Origin: Spirogloea muscicola | Taxonomy: Eukaryota | Assembly (NCBI GenBank): GCA_009602725.1 | Contig: WELB01000016.1 | Span: 311,427 to 375,426, forward strand | Direction: 5' to 3' | Length of the DNA: 64,000 bases | Shown here: positions 63,130 through 64,000 of the stretch, one piece after another | How the letters are laid out: every line of letters begins with the position of its first letter | Numbering within the stretch: the stretch's first letter is position 1 | The notes under the pieces: model-generated | Database searches by the model: none | The model's input: the letters and a program-made list of their open reading frames with translations, nothing else | Told to the model about the DNA's origin: nothing | Program-made: the position numbers and the translations under genes

Positions 63130-64000
63130 AAGGAAAGAAGAAGTGGCTCTCCCAGTGGGTGCAAGAGCTGTGGAAAGCCAACCCGAGAAGATTTGGCAAA
63201 GGTTCGAAGGGCCAAATGACGGAGGGGCTTGAAGCAAAGCGCTATGACAGGACGGGGTGTAGATGTACCACTCAGTAGCAACAGAAAGGAAAAGCAAGCG
63301 CGGCCAGATTAACTGGTGGCTGGGAGAGGCCAGCCCAAAAGAATGGACAAGGTCTGAAGGAGTCGGACTGCTAAGGACTGAGGCAGCAGTAAGCGAGGGA
63401 AGCGAAGGAAAAGCGAAGGAGAAGGGGCTTTCAAAGCTAAACAAAATAGCTCTTTCAAAGCTAAAGCGACTCAAGCGGCCATGGGTGGGGAATAGCGTCG
63501 CCAGAAAGAGAGCTCTGTGGCTCGGTGGCTCGACCTTACTGCACCTGCTTAAGCGCCACGCGTCGTCCCGTCGAAGAATGTTGCCCGGTATGAAACGAGA
63601 GTGGCCAGAGCAAACCTTCACACTGTTGGTGAAAAGAACACATGAATCCAAGAGGGGCTAGAATAACCAAACGGGGAAACAGAACGGCCGGGGGACTTCA
63701 GTATCTACGAGTGGGAGTACTTGTTCATTCTTTTCTGGGCTGGCTTTTTCCAGGGGCTCGCGCGTAAGAGAGAAGGGCTCGCCCATTGAGGATAGGGGCT
63801 GGAAAAAGCCAGCCCAGAAAAGAATGAACAAGTGACGAGAAGGGGCCAGGGGAATTACGAAGAACAACAAGCACTAAAAAGAAACGAAGCAGCTACGAAG
63901 CACTCAGTAACCCCTGCTAAGAAGCAAGCGCGGCCAGATTAACTGGTGGCTGGGAGAGGCCAGCCCAAAAGAATGGACAAGGTCTGAAGGTCTAAGCAGC
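63130..64000 (-). repeat. Modular repeat cluster upstream of BCH, including a perfect 35-bp inverted repeat (63719-63753 / 63799-63833)
   Basis: Units lie at ~63135-63275, 63294-63360, 63773-63925 and 63924-63990. The sequence acttgttcattcttttctgggctggctttttccag and its exact reverse complement are 45 nt apart. Confidence 0.9.

Noticed and set aside
61777..63651. 624-aa ORF on the - strand
   Set aside because: It runs through repeats, GC-rich leader, an N-gap and BCH exon 1 into an intron, so it is an artefact.

Overview
A gene-dense, intron-rich eukaryotic nuclear window. It is most likely from a streptophyte green alga; this is inferred from the plant-type SEC8, CHX, BTS and bHLH-IVb genes, a mevalonate-pathway HMG-CoA synthase, TTTAGGG-type telomeric repeats and short GT-AG introns. 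Twelve spliced protein-coding loci could be traced by hand: GatA (+, 5' end outside the window), RlmI-like methyltransferase (-), SEC8 (+), KNB36-like coiled-coil protein (+), SDH2 (-), CHX antiporter (-), HMGS (+), a trihelix/Myb-SANT domain apparently spliced in frame to an NMNAT (-), a Zn-ADH-like protein (-), a bHLH121/URI-like factor (-), BRUTUS (+) and beta-carotene hydroxylase (-). Five observations stand out. (1) The trihelix-NMNAT fusion has phase-compatible splice junctions, giving a NadR-like DNA-binding plus NAD-synthesis architecture. (2) bHLH121-like and BRUTUS, both iron-homeostasis genes, sit head to head, although an N-gap lies between them. (3) The bHLH leader holds a candidate spliced Cys-rich uORF. 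(4) A modular repeat family built on a GGGCTG-N8-CAGCCC palindrome occurs only next to gene 5' ends. (5) The BCH gene has an in-frame stop codon. Gene models and family names come from reading the sequence and recalling conserved motifs, not from database searches. Three N-gaps hide GC-rich 5' regions.
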